Shown: positions 46,566 through 60,121, counted from the first letter of the stretch. The stretch is 64,000 bases of DNA from the human T2T-CHM13v2.0 reference genome, Homo sapiens (GCF_009914755.1 NC_060936.1); one strand, 5' to 3'. Made by a program: numbers and translations. The notes: generated by a model not told the origin, from the letters alone.

Positions 46566-47354
46566 AAAAGTATTAATTTCTTATCTATTCCTGTTATAAT
46601 TTATTTTCTTCCTAGGTGGTTCATGTTAACTTTAAAATGAAGCCATTGGTTATTACTGATTTCTATCCTAAGATTGTTTCTTAGGTTTACTGGCTTGGCC
46701 CTAGGCTTACAGGCTTGGCCCTAGGGAGGACACAAGGAACATCAGACACAAGGGTTTGCAATGTAGTTAGGGATATAACTACATTACATCTATATATATC
46801 TATATAAGATGATAGAAGACTAGCAGATAAAAAGTTAGATGCTAACAAATGATATAAGTGAGTATCATTTCAAACCAAAAGTTTGATGAACTATCACGAG
46901 ACAAAAATACTTCATGATCAAAGTAACTTGCTTTCTGAGTCTCACACTTAGATACTATAGAATCAAAAGTTTGCAGATGATAACATATTTCTCAAAATAG
47001 AAGAAAGAAATGCATTTAAATATATAATAAATATATAATATATAAATAAAAATATATAAAGTAATGATGAAACTTACAAGAGGTCACTAAATGACATGCT
47101 TTTGTAAAAAGCAACTGAGAAACTCATTGTGAGATGCAAATGTAAAGTGAGAAATATTATGTTCCTAGTTCCTGAGCATTTATGTGATGTCATTGGGAAG
47201 ACCTATTTGGGAGCAGGAGACTGGCCATTTTGTTCACAATATTTTCTTCAATGCTCTCACATTTCTCCTGTTTAGGATTTGTATGTGTACTGAATTCCTT
47301 GTTCTGCTCATTGTTTTTTGTCCTTTTTTTCCCCATTCTCTCTCCTCCCCTATA

Positions 47355-47371
47355 CACACACAGACAGACAG

Positions 47372-47410
<39 letters not shown>
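47355..47410. repeat. (CA)n/(CAGA)n microsatellite
   Basis: Directly visible. Confidence 0.95.
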
Positions 47411-48809
47411 ACTTCTTCTGATTGCATTTAATGGAGTAATCCAGTCCTCCTGTAGTTCTGATCATAGAACTAGAGGCTCGTTCACTAAATAAGTGAGCTT
47501 TGATTCAAACAAGTCTTCTTTCAATGATTTGCCTTTTTTGGTTTTCCAATCTTGTCACAAAAAAAATATTTAAAATATATCTGCGTTGCCCCTCTCACCA
47601 TAATCTAAGCACCTCAAAATTGTACCTAGATAAGTTGGATATCCCAATATAACCAGTACTCGCTCTGAAAGGAATGTGCTTTGCTTAAGGAAAATGTTTA
47701 TACTTCATTCCCTGGCTTCTTCCAAAAAAGGTTTTAAGCTACTTAGGTAAATGGAGAACAATGAAAGCAGCTTTATCTGCACAGAGTGTTTAATTTCTTT
47801 TGAAAGTAACAGTGCTAACCTTTCTGCAGTGTATTAGTTGATACTACAGAGAAAATGCCATTTGTGCTGAGAAGCTGCCAAATATAGCCAAAGTCAAAAG
47901 ATAAATATAATGTACTTATTAAGGCTGTGTTCTCCTCCCATTTTGAAGTTTTTTTTTTCTGCCCTTAGGGCAGGCACCAAGCTGTCTCTGTTTGATGCAG
48001 TACTAACTTTATCAGTCATGTTAAATATATAGAAAATAATGAATCCTTAGGTTATCTGTGGCAGCCAGAAGACATGTTCCCTGTCAAAACTGATTTTAAG
48101 CAACAATTAGAGACAAAATTTCTTTTTGAATAACCAAATCTTTAAAATTTATGTTTTACAATAGACATTCTTGTTCTTTAAATATAGTTAACAAATTACT
48201 GATTTTAAAAAATAATCTGAAAATCTCCCCAATCTGTAGCAAAATTTTGATTTAAGTATTGGATATTCAGTTTTCCCAACCTTTTTTCATTATTTCTATG
48301 TTATAGTACTTTCCTTTATAAATGTAGGTCAAATGAAAATCATGTTTCCTTTGCTTTCTCCAAAGTCATTCTTAATTTCTTTTCCTTTTTGTCTGAGCTA
48401 TTTCTGCTTCCCTTGATGCTTAATGTTCCAAAGTAGTTGAGGAATGTCAAAATATATTGCCCTAGATATGTACATTGCTAACTATTATTGTGCCCTGTCA
48501 TCAAAGTTCTTTTAATTCTAGGAAGAAATTATATAAATCTTCAGAATAATTTATTGATACTAGCTTCAAATATACTCAACGTGTTAATAACAATAATCAA
48601 TTCATTTTGTTATGTATTTTATTTTTCTCAAAAGTATAAATTTTTGTTTTGGAGAAGTTATTCCTTTACATGTGTAATGAAGATCTGGAACCTTCTTTGT
48701 AATACTGCTTTCTAGGGTCATAATCACAGGTTTCCTTGTAACCTATGTCATTAATAATAGTATTATTAGCACCAAAAATTATTAATAATAATAACCACAA
48801 CAAACTATT

Positions 48810-49137
48810 ATTTACTATGTGCTGATTGCTGCTACATCTTTTATGTGCATTATCTCATTTAATTGTTTGGAGGTACTAACATTAAATTCTTAACAGATGA
48901 GAAATATGAAGCTTGGGAGATATTATACTTGCTCTAGGTAACAATGAAAGTAGGTGGCACTGCCAATAAAAGTGGAGGAATAGGGATATAAACACAAGTC
49001 TATCACACAACATTTCTTGAGCAAAGAACTGTGTTGGATGATGTCATTTAATTCTTTTACAAATCTTAGGAGATAAGTATAACTTTATACCAATTTTATA
49101 GATGAAGAAATAATGACAGTTAAGTATATTTGCTCAC
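48810..49137 (-). mobile_element. Two tandem MIR fragments
   Basis: 'cattatctcatttaatt...acagatgagaaatatgaagct' and 'caattttatagatgaagaaa'. Confidence 0.7.
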
Positions 49138-49551
49138 TAATGTAGTTTGGATATTTGTCCCCTCAAAATCTCATGTTGAAATGTATTCCCAATGTTAGAG
49201 GTGTAACCTAGTGAGAGGTATTTGAGTCATGGGGGCAGATCTCTCATGACTGGCTGATGACGCTCCCATGGTAAGGAGTAAGTTCTCACTCTATTAGTTC
49301 ATAGGAAATCTGGTTGTTAAAAAGAGCCTGGCACTACCTCCTCTCCCTCTTGCTCCCTATCTTGTCATGTGACACACTGACTCCCCTTCCCCTTCTGCCA
49401 TAAAGGACTCAGCCTGAAGCCCTCACCAGAAGCTGATGTTGGTTCGTGGTTCTTGTACAGCCCACAGAACTGTGAGCCAAATAAGCCTCTTTTCTTTATA
49501 ATTACCCAGACTCACGTATTCCTTTACAGTAATGCAAAATGGACTAACACA
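49138..49551 (+). mobile_element. MSTB-type MaLR solo LTR
   Basis: 'gtttggatatttgtcccctcaaaatctcatgttgaaatg'...'gaagccctcaccagaagc'...'aaaatggactaacaca'; TSD ctcac/ctccc. Confidence 0.88.
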
Positions 49552-49599
49552 CTCCCAATTACATACCCATCAAGTAACTCACTCTGTATTTATTGAATG

Positions 49600-50400
49600 A
49601 CTCAGTAAACAAAATACTTTTTGAATGGCTATTATGTCATTGAAAATGGTACTAGATTCTGAGTTTATAAAGATAACACATATATATTCACTGTCCTATA
49701 GGGATTTACTGCCTAAAGAGAAACAAACCATTTCAGTATGGTGCTTAATAGAGGAGATATCCACAGTGGCCTATGAGAAGCCACTGGAGAGGAGTATCCT
49801 AATTCAGATAGGGCATGAGATGGCTTGGAGAAAGAATGGTTTCTGAGAAGAAATGCTGCTTGAACTGCAACTTGAAGAATAAATAAGAATTAGCTAGGTG
49901 AAGGGAGGGAAGAGAAAAAGGATATTCTAGAAAGAGGGACAAAAAGCATGTGCAAAGTCTGGAGATGAAAGCTTGACAATTTCTAGGAGTCATCAGAGTA
50001 GCCAGCAGAATAATGAGGAGATAGTAGGGAGAGGTGAGGCAGAAGGAATAAGAAGGCATGAGGCCATGGATCTCCTAGGATGCATCTTAAGTTGTTTGGG
50101 CTTTTTTATTCTGAAGGCAATAGGAAGCTGTAAAAGTACCCGTAAAACAAAAGATCAGAAAGATTGGTAAATACGAAGATCAAATTGGAGGTGGAAGGCA
50201 GGAAGAGGAATAACTTATAAATCCATTGTAGTAAATATCACAACATAATGTCACACTAAATCATTGACTGCAGGAATAAAAGACATTTGCCAGAATCAAA
50301 GATATGAAGGTGGTAGAACTGACAATATTTGGTAAATGATAAGCTGAAGGGGCTGAGGGTAAAAGAGGACTTTAGGATGACTTCCAAGTTTCTGGAAACT
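49600..50400 (-). mobile_element. L2 fragment
   Basis: 'gggatattctagaaagaggg...agcatgtgcaaagtctggag', 'aggatgacttccaagtttctgg'. Confidence 0.75.
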
Positions 50401-53400
50401 TTTTATGGTTTCTTGACTTTGTGTAAAGTGCATGTTTATGTGATATAACTAAATCAGCTACATACACTGCCTACTAGCCTATGTGTCATGAAAATTTGAA
50501 GTGAATAGATTAACTGTGCGGTTATTATTATCTGAATTGTATTTACTATGGAAGTAGGGTAGCTGAGATGCCAAATAAATTGTTCTAATACCTGAACTAA
50601 GTGAATTAGCCAAGGGATGATTCCTTAATTATTCCCACTAAAATTTTTATTTAAAAAATTTGCAAATTCCTGAGTATCTTTTGTATATCTTTCACTACCA
50701 AAACTTCTTTTTACTTCAGTGACCAAGCATCATAATCTTATACTGTGAAGGTTGAAAGAAGATTTTTTTTAAATTAAGTTGATCAAAAGAATTTTTAGAA
50801 ACTGCCAGTTTAGTTGATATATTATTTTTTTCCTTATTCAATCTTTTGTTTCAAAGTTCTGAGATGATGTTTACATAATCTGGGATTAAAAATATGAGTC
50901 TGTCTTTCTAAATTGTGTGTTTGTTTGCAGGATGCAGGATACAGGCTTGGAATCTCTTGAGATTTCGCTATTCTATCCTAAACACTAAGGGGCTGTTGAG
51001 GACTCATTCTTGATCTAAGAATTCTCTGGGGGTCTTAGGGTTATCCTAGCTCCATCTCAGGCATCATGATTTGTTCTAGGCTACTGTTGAAGCCAGGAGC
51101 TGTTCAGAGGGTTGGAGAAAGAAAATTTCAAGATGCAGGTATTAGTGTTCAATGCACTGGGTTTCTGAAAATTACTCATTAGCCCCTTCTGAAAGTCAAA
51201 AGCTAGTAAAACTGCAGAGGACAGAGATGTCCTGCCCTTCATGTGGAACTCAGGAGGATATAGGGGTATTCATTTGGCCTATCCTGCCACCTATTCTACT
51301 CAACTGTTGCAGTTCTAGTTTAGAACAACTAATTATTTAGTTGTTCATCCCAACTTCAGTTGTTCATCTCAAAGTAGAGCTGCAACAGTTGAGTAGCACA
51401 GGTGGCAGGCCAAATGAAAAAGAGGACTGAAAACTGATACTCAAGTCTCCTTATCTATGTGACAAAGAAGAAAGCCAATGAGTGGTGCAGGAAAAGAGCT
51501 TAAAGATGAGAGCTAGCATAGCTGCTGGAGGTCCCAGAGGTCCAGGGCTTCTGTATCAGGGGATGAGCAGAAGGTGGCTAAATCTGGGCAATGACAATGG
51601 TCATTTCCTGCCTTGCCTGAGCCAATGGAAGAGTGGAGTATCCTGAGGCATGTACACTAGCAAAGAAGCAGTCATGAACCAGGTCCCCCTCTGCCTACAT
51701 CCAGAGTCTGTGTAAGCCCCTCACCCTCACCCCAGAACCCCCAGAGCTTCATCACCCTAAAGAGAAGAGATAGAAAAAGAAAAGAGGGAAAAGTCCTGAG
51801 AGAAATTCTGAAGTGATCGAGTAGTTTCCCAGGAGAAATTCAGTTTAAACCAGAAGTAACTAAATTGTCTTAAAAGAATTCAGTTTTGCACTATCAAACA
51901 GAATTGAGGCTTGAGAGCTAAGTGTGGCTATAGAATACCAGTGAGGGTGAACTGTTAGTGGGGTGGTAACTGCAGAATTACTGTCAGGATATGAGTGCTG
52001 GCTAAAAATCGATGATTCAGGGCTCATGAATAGTGCAAAGTAGCAGAAAGAGTATCAACTTTAAAACAGACAGATGTGAATCTTCCACTAGATCACCTTG
52101 GGTAAATTATTTGGTTTCATTGAGCTTTTGTATCCCACCCACCATAACATGGGCTTAAAAAAAAACCATATTTTTATAGAAATACATGCTTTGTCAAACC
52201 AGAGCGAATCAGACTTGCTGTACAGTAAGAAACAGTAGAACATCATTGGCCTGTGTCATAGCTCTGCTCCATGCTTAGCAGGTAACTTTGTCTCCTGTTT
52301 CTAATATTTTGAGATGAATTAAGTAAAATGAAAATTATTTCCTAAAAGTGTGAGAAAAATAATGAGTATTAGTACTGGCTCCAAAGTTTTTCTTGTGGAT
52401 ACATATTTTTCAGGTTTTTTCCCTATATAAATGATCTAAGTGGGCTTTATACTTCTTATTAGCCAATTTTAATAATTTATATGTGTTCAGAAAACAATCT
52501 ATTTTGTGGAAATTTAAAAATTATTTGTAAGCATGTACATATTATGTACATATTCCCTTAAATGTTTTAAATTCCCTTTTCTGCTGTTTGCCTAGTTCCT
52601 TTTAAATTTTTCTTTCTTCATTAGACTTCAGAGACTGTGCTGTCACTGCTTTTCTTTGAAAAAAAAAACACTGCATGTGTATTTTTTAATTTTTCTTTGT
52701 TTCTGCTTTTTGAATTTTTGCTCTTTATGGTACTTACTCCCTTCTGCTTTCCTTGGGTCTTTTTTTCTCTTTTAAAATTCTTGAATTGGATATTATTTCT
52801 ACTTATTTTCTCTATTTTAAAATAATAATACTTAAGAATATCAATTACTTATAAATGCTACTTATTTACTCTATTAATAAAGTATTAAAAGCATGAAATG
52901 ATCTATAACTACATTTTATTGTACTTCTTAGATTTAAGATGTGGCATTCATTTTTGTTAATTTCTAAATAGTTTGTTATTGACCAAATATTTATGTTTTT
53001 AAATCTCTAAGCAATTTACTTTTCAAAATATTCTAGTTAGACTTACCTAAAATTTCTACTTTATAAAATAACATTTTGCCACCATATATTTGATCAGTTT
53101 TTACTTGTTCCATTGACACTTGAGATGCAATTGTATTTTTGTTGCTAAAACAACATCATTTTTAAAATTATAACTTACTAATTCTGTTTTATTAATAATA
53201 ATAGAGGTTTTCTCTATGTTTTGATTTATGTATTTTATTTGATTTTTATGGGCTGATAATGGATTGTTAAAATATTACTATTGTCTGCATATATATTTCT
53301 CTTTTTTATTTTTAGAAGTGGATTTTTAAATATATTTTAATGCTATATTATTTACCTATAAGAGTGGATCTATTAGGTTTTCAGTTTAGATGTTGCTTTT

Positions 53401-55155
53401 TAACATAAAAAATGGCCTTTTATTATACCACATGCTTGACTTTGGTTAACATTAATATTGTTGTTTCTGTTTTATTTGGAGAGTGTAATTATTTGCTGCT
53501 ATAATTCTTGAATATTTATGATCATCTTTTCAAATCATACTGAGTGTTTTTCCTTTAATGAGTTTTCTCCATGCATAATCTAACTCATTATTCATTAAAG
53601 AACAAAAAATGCTATCATGAATACAAGCTTATTAAATGTTTCCCCTGCTTTTCACATGCTGTATTATTAAACATGCCATATCTGAATACATCTAAACCAT
53701 CCCAATTTCAGCACTTTTCAGCTGTTTTCTTGTCAAAAGCCTGCTTCTTAATTTTGATTTATTATAAGATTAATATTGGGGAGAATAGTTAAATTAAAAG
53801 CATTTACTAGCAGAAGGCCTTTGGTTCTTTGACAATTTTCTTCTTGGCCTTGAAGTAAAATAGCCTTAATGACAAGAATTCTTACTGTTTTCTTTTCATC
53901 CATGTATGAAAAATGATCATTCCGGAAGCTAAAAAACACTTAGTCCTTCGAAATAAAAAGAAGTAAGCACCCATGAAAGAAGAGAGATGCCCTAGAAAAA
54001 CAGGAGGATTAGAATGGGAGTGCCCTGCTTTTTATTTCCCATCTGCTTTCAAATGTGTGGATCACCCTTTGAGGTCTGCATAAAATAAAGCAAGTGGATG
54101 AGGGCAGAAGTTCATTCTTGGTTAGAAAACCTTTATTATACTTGTCAGCAAGAGCTGCAATCAGGCTTATCATTGAGAAAGACGTTTTCTTATACTTATT
54201 CCCAGATCGCGATTATCCAAATAGATATCTTCTTTTCAAATTTGAGATCAGTATAATGTAATTTTTGAGTTCCAAATCAATAGTCTTTCTGTTATTTCCC
54301 TTTCCCACCCAAATTGGAAGAAAAATGATATAGATCTCCCTTAACCAATTTATTTATGGAAGGTGTTCACTGTACACACTACATGCTTTGGTTTAATTCT
54401 TAATGGGTTTCATATTTACTGTAGCTTCACTCTCAGGTAAGCTAGAGGTTAAAGTTTTCTAACATAAAGATGAAAAAGCATTGACTCATTCTAATATGTC
54501 ATGTCTTTTTAGCTTGTAGATCTTTACTTTTGACCCTTAGTGACTCTCTTGTCAGAATAGTCCTACCTCATCCAGAAGACAACTAATGAGTGATGATTTT
54601 CCTAAGTGGCCACACAGGGAACAAGTTTATTAGTAAATATCCACATTTTAAAAATATGGCTAGTTTTACTTATATTCATTACATTCTAACTGCTTAAAAA
54701 ACATCCTTTTAGATCCTTGTCCTAAGTTTTATTTTTTGCCTTCTGCTTTTTTAGGGGAATACATTTTCTTATATTTAATTTCAGTAGCTTCTAATTACCT
54801 ACAGTTGGTCATTTCTCAGGGCTCTTTCAGAGCTGAACAATGGGTAAAGGAAAACATTCCTATCATTAGTGAAGCCCTATGTATACACAGGGGTCACAAA
54901 ATGATAGAGTGAGCTTCAAAGAGTAGACATAGGTCACACATATAATGAGATGGTGGCAAGAAAACAGTTAACGACAACAACAACAACATTACATTGAAAA
55001 TCTAAAACATACAGCTAAAAACATTTCAAAGATCTGGAGAATATACCAGTTCAGAGAAAACACTCCTGATACAGACATATTGTGCTTGTTACAGAAGTGA
55101 TAAAAGAGCTTATGTAGCTATATTTCGGGTTTGTTGGCTACGAATATCCACTTGT

Positions 55156-55232
55156 CTCAGATTGCACAGTTGCTAGAAATGTGATGTTAATTAGGCCAAG
55201 GTCACAGGTTTAATTCCTATGTGAGTTGGTTA
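55156..55232 (+). mobile_element. Decayed tRNA-Ile(AAT)-derived sequence (MamSINE1-like head)
   Basis: 'gcacagttgctagaaatgtgatgttaattaggccaaggtcacaggtttaattcc' aligns by eye to tRNA-Ile 'gctcagttggttagagcgtggtgctaataacgccaaggtcgcgggttcgatccc'. Confidence 0.65.
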
Positions 55233-55289
55233 TTCAGTGTGACTGGTTGGATCAGGCATAGCAGTAGGAATCTTTCCAAAGGCATGGCT

Positions 55290-55490
55290 TCCAGTACCAT
55301 GTCTGTATTTATTAGACAAGTGACTCTGGAGAGATCTGTTAAATTCTCTGAGCTTCAGTTTCATCATCTATAACATAAAGGTCATAGCCTCTTTCCTTTC
55401 TATCTCAAAGGATTGTGAAGGAACAGGGAGATGTTATTGTTGAATGATCTCTTAAAAACTAGAAAGTATGATCCAAATGTAAATTATATT
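55290..55490 (+). mobile_element. MIR SINE
   Basis: 'ctctgagcttcagtttcatcatctataa'. Confidence 0.75.
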
Positions 55491-55552
55491 ACTACAATTC
55501 CAGTCATACATTGTAATGTCTATTATCCTGCAAATCATGCCTCTCATTTGCA

Positions 55553-55649
55553 AGGATGACCAACCATCTCAGTTAACCCTAAGTAGTGAGAATCCTTTGT
55601 TCCTGGGAAATGCCTAAGTTCTGGCCAAACTGGGACTGTTGATCACCTA
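55553..55649. mobile_element. hAT-Blackjack MITE (MER81/MER94-like)
   Basis: Terminal inverted repeats aggatgaccaaccatctcagtt ... aactgggactgttgatcacct. Confidence 0.7.
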
Positions 55650-56964
55650 TAATGAGTAGGAGACAAGAGTTCACAGCATACCTAATTCTCAGCTCAGTGG
55701 TGGTTTCCCTCCTGAACGCATGTTCATTAATAAGTTTACCATAACTTTTAGAACATCTACAGTGCAACAGCACTTTGTGAGACATTTAATATATAATAGG
55801 AAACAAAACAAATTGGGTTTCTTCCTCAGAGAAAAGTAATTCTATTCTAGCAGGGACACATCAACAAATAAGAATATAATGGCATGTTGGGAGAAAGGTA
55901 TCCAAGATAAAAAAAAAAAAGAGCAGATTTCTTTGAGAGAAAATAGAAGGGGAGAACATCTTTATGGAATAAAGGGATACGACATAAATTAAAACTGAGG
56001 CCTAAAGGATTTTAAAAAGCCAACTGAAGGACACTGCAATGTATGCATGTGGTGGTGGCAGAGTGAACTCATAGAGGAGGGAAGGGTAGAACATATATAT
56101 GCTAGATTATCTTTTTCAGTTTTGCATTCTTGGCATAGCACAATACCTGTCATAAAGTAGGTAGGTGTCCAAGGACAAATTGAATGAATGAATAAATAAA
56201 TGTGCCCAAGAGTACACTCTCAATACATGGTAATTAACTCTAGAGTTTCAATCCCTCTCACCCCTTTTATGGGAGAGATTTTCTGGGACAAAGTGGTCTT
56301 CCTGCCAATCATTATGTCACACTGAGAGGATGTCTTTTGCCTCTACTATCCTTTAACACTGTGTGATCCAGGGATTGGGGCACACTACCCAATGCCATCT
56401 CTGTTGGCTGTCTGTGTATGCCATGAAGGCCTGTGCCTGATGTCTCATAGGCTACTAAAATTAGAAACCTTAGGGGAATTTGGCTGCCTTTTAATTGTAT
56501 TTATTTTAAAGAATGAACAGATTTTGTAGATACATACTTGGAAGTGCTACAAATGATGTTATTCTCCGGTTTCTCTACCACTCCCCACCCCCATTTATCT
56601 CTACACTAAAACCTTTAGCTTTTCTGCCTACAAGTTTGGTTTCTGGTCTATCATGAAGCATTTTGCTTTTGTAATTAAAGAAAAAAATTGCTACTAAATG
56701 TTTCTATCTGCCTTGAAGTCTTTCTGTTAATCACACCATGTTCAATTACTCCATGTCCTTCATTGCCAGGTTCATTTCTATTCTTCCATGAACTCTTTAA
56801 GTGTTTGTCATTGCTTTCTGCCTTGAGTTTTCTAAATGTTCTTTTTGTTTCTTTCTTTTGGTAACAATTACTATTTAAAAACCTCATTAGATATGGTTAC
56901 TTATGCACATGGCTATGCTAGTTTGTAATCACCTCAAGAACATGATCAATATTTGTTTTTTCTT

Positions 56965-57135
56965 TTTTTTCCTTTTTCTTTTTTTTTTTGAGACGGAGTC
57001 TGGCTCTGTCACCCAGGCTGGAGTGCAGTGGCACGATCGCGGCTCACTGTAAGTTCTGCCTCCTGGGTTCACGCCATTCTCCTGCCTCGCCTCCCGAGCA
57101 GCTGGGACTACAGGTGCCCACCACCATGCCTGGCT

Positions 57136-57168
<33 letters not shown>

Positions 57169-57296
57169 TAATTTTTAGTAGAGACAGGGTTTCACTGTAT
57201 CAGCCAGGATGGTCTCAATCTCCTGACCTCGTGATCTGCCCGCCTCGGCCTCCCAAATTGCTGGGATTACAGACGTGAGCCACCGCGCCCTGCCCC
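56965..57296 (-). mobile_element. AluY with expanded middle A-tract
   Basis: Y diagnostics; ~30-nt T run in the linker; TSD tgttttttcttt. Confidence 0.92.
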
Positions 57297-57823
57297 CTGT
57301 TTTTTCTTTAAATTAAGCCTCCTTCTCTCCCTCTTCTCTCTCATCCCTAGCTATGCCATGCATGTGGTGGTACTAAATAAATAAATATTTATTCAATGAA
57401 AAAAATGCTTTTAGGTGATACAAACAAACATGGAAATATTTTGAGAATAATTGGAGCAGAGAATTGAAGTTTGGGGGAAAAAAGAGGGTGAGCTCTAACT
57501 GGGTAAAAAGTGTAAGTGGACATTTTTGCAGTGTGACATCTAGCAAGATAAAGATAATTAATTAGGCAAAGTGGATAAACCAGCACTCTCACTTATCAAA
57601 GAAGGGTGCAACGGGTCTTGTATAAGAGGAGTCGTCATCAGGTCAAAATGTTCCAATATGTTCTGGGGTGTTCTTGTTTGAAGTCATCAGTCTTGGAGAT
57701 AAAACTGGCAAATCCTACATTTAAAGAAAAAGGCAGGGTTATTGCAAGCTATGTTGTGTTTCTCTTGAGGCTGCCTCCCCAAATGGACTAGCACCTGAAG
57801 AAGCTCAATTATTCTGTGCACGA

Positions 57824-58189
57824 TGGTAATCCCTTATTCTTGGAGGATAGTTGCCAAGACCCCCAGTGAATGCCTGAAACCGTGGTTGGTATCAAACTCT
57901 ATATACAGATTTTTCCTACTGATAAATACCCATGATAAAGTTTGGTGTATAAATTAAGCACAGTAAGATATTAACAACAATAACTAATAACAAAATAGAA
58001 CAAACATAACAATATACTGTACTAAAAGTTATGTGAATGGGGTCTCTCTTTCTCTCCCTCTTTCTCTCCCTCTCTCTTTCTCTCTCTCTCTCTCAAAATA
58101 TGGTACTGTACTCACCTATTTTCTGACTGCAGTTGACCACAGGTAACTGAAATCTTGGAAGGCAAAACCACAAATAAGGGCAACTACTG
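57824..58189 (+). mobile_element. MER2 (Tigger-derived) with internal (TC)n
   Basis: 'ccaagacccccagtgaatgcctgaaaccgtgg'...'gttgaccacaggtaactgaaa...ataagggcaactactg|ta'. Confidence 0.88.
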
Positions 58190-58725
58190 TATTCAAGCGC
58201 CACCAATAGTAATCAGAAGGGTGGAATTAACAAAATCATAGGTTTTAAAATCATGATGTCAGCATATAGGTTACTTTATCTAATTTGATTGTTCATCTAA
58301 TCATATCAATTACCATAATCCAATCAGATGACTGTATCTAATAGATTGGGAGATCCTATTTTAGTTTTGCATTTATAGATTGGATGAAATGATGGAGTAA
58401 ATCTTTGTTTGGATTACTAAACTGATAGGTGAATAGGACAGGTGAATAGGACAGCCACTTTGAGAGCTACAGTATGACCTACACCCTCTCCAGGCCCCCA
58501 GATCTCTCTGCTATCATAGGATGAGCACTTTTCACTGTATTGAAGTCTAATGGAGGAATTTTCCTTTCTACAATATATACTTTTCTAATGTTTGATTTTT
58601 AAAATAATACATATGCATTCCACTTTTTGTACATTTCTGGAAATAATCATATCTTACATGTTTTAAATGTTACAGTAAATATTGAGCAATTAATGTGCGT
58701 GTGTCATTTTAAGAAGAAAAAATAG

Positions 58726-58727
<2 letters not shown>

Positions 58728-58756
<29 letters not shown>

Positions 58757-59037
58757 ACAGAGTCTCACTCTGTCACCCAGGCTGGAGTGCAGTGGCGTGC
58801 TATCTCGGCTCACTGCAAGCTCCGCCTCCCGGGTTCACACCATTCTGCCTCAGCTTCCCGAGTAGCTGGGACTACAGGCGCCCGCCGCCACGCCCGGCTA
58901 ATTTTTTAAATATTTTTAGTAGAGACGGGGTTTCACCGTGTTAGCCAGGAGATACCAATCGATCTGCTGATCTCGTAATCTGCCCACCTCGGCCTCCCAA
59001 AGTGCTGGGATTACAGGCGTGAGCCACTGCACCTGGC
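58728..59037 (-). mobile_element. AluY
   Basis: CpG-rich Y diagnostics, long T tail, TSD aaaaatagaa. Confidence 0.93.
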
Positions 59038-59797
59038 AAAAATAGAAAATGTTTTAAAGAAAGGAGCTCATTATCAGAAAATAATTATGTAGAAAAACCT
59101 AGATTCTCAATTTTTTAAATCATCTATTACTCCTTCCTCCTTTTGTAGACACCACATTTAGAAAAAGCCTGGACACTACCAGATAATAAAGTGTTTTTTC
59201 ATTTTTTAATTAATTTTACATACATGAATCAGAAATTCTGGTAAGCATGAAATATCTAGAGTTACCATTAAATTGCCACAATCCCTGCCAATTGCAAGAA
59301 ACAGTCTTATTTATAACACATATTATTTTTCAATAAGTGTTTGTTAAATCAAATGTCAGGATAGAAAAATAGTAAGATTGCTAAAAATGTGTTGATAGAA
59401 ACAGTGTTAGTGTAATTTCTCTTAAAGAACCATTCTATCCAAGCAGCCATTTTAATTTAAACAGTACTCTTATTTTAATTTTATTTCAGAGTCCACAGCA
59501 ACCAGTTGTATTTTTCTATGAACTAAAGACACAATGTGTATCCCACTTATTTTTTCATACTTAGCTATATAGTGCTTTGTAAATAATTCATGCTTCTTTA
59601 TGAATGTATGTATGGTTGATTCATTTGTTTTTCTACTTATTTTATCCATCCAAAAATCCTTCAGTGGTGGGCATGGCATTAGCACAGAAGGGTCAGTAGA
59701 ATAAGACTCAGCATATCCTATAGAAAAATAAGACACAGACTTGTCCTAGAGGGACTCAAAGTTTAGTAGGGTTCATGGTCCCTGAAATACAGTAGAT

Positions 59798-60058
59798 CAC
59801 GGTCTCACACTGTCATCCAGGCAGTAATGCAGTGGCAATCTCCACCTCCCAGCCTCAAGCGATCCTCCCACCTCAGTCTCCTAAGTAGCAGGGACTACAG
59901 GCGTGTACCACGACAGCCAGCTGATTTTTGTATTTTTTATAGAGATGAGGTTTCGCCATACTGCCCAGGTTGGTCTTGAACTTCTGGGCTCAAGAGATCC
60001 TCCCACCTCAGCCTCCCAATGTGTTGGGATTACAGGCATGAACCACCGTGCTCTGCCA
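59798..60058 (-). mobile_element. AluJ lacking its A tail, with an internal deletion
   Basis: 'ctcaagcgatcctcccacctcag', 'cttctgggctcaagagatcctccc'. Confidence 0.85.
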
Positions 60059-60121
60059 AGCATTGCAGATATTAACTTACATAAGGCTAACAACTTTAAT
60101 ATGATAAACTTTTATTTATTT

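Noticed and set aside
46682-46725. 20-bp tandem duplication (similar ones at about 7955, 39823 and 58427)
   Set aside because: Ordinary slippage duplications.
51000-51960. Possible ancient Gypsy-like LTR around the hairpin
   Set aside because: Only a compositional impression; I cannot support a family or boundaries.
59774-59793. 19/20 match to 63880-63899 (tcatggtccctgaaat.cag)
   Set aside because: Too short to exclude chance in 64 kb, although it sits at an L2/Alu junction.
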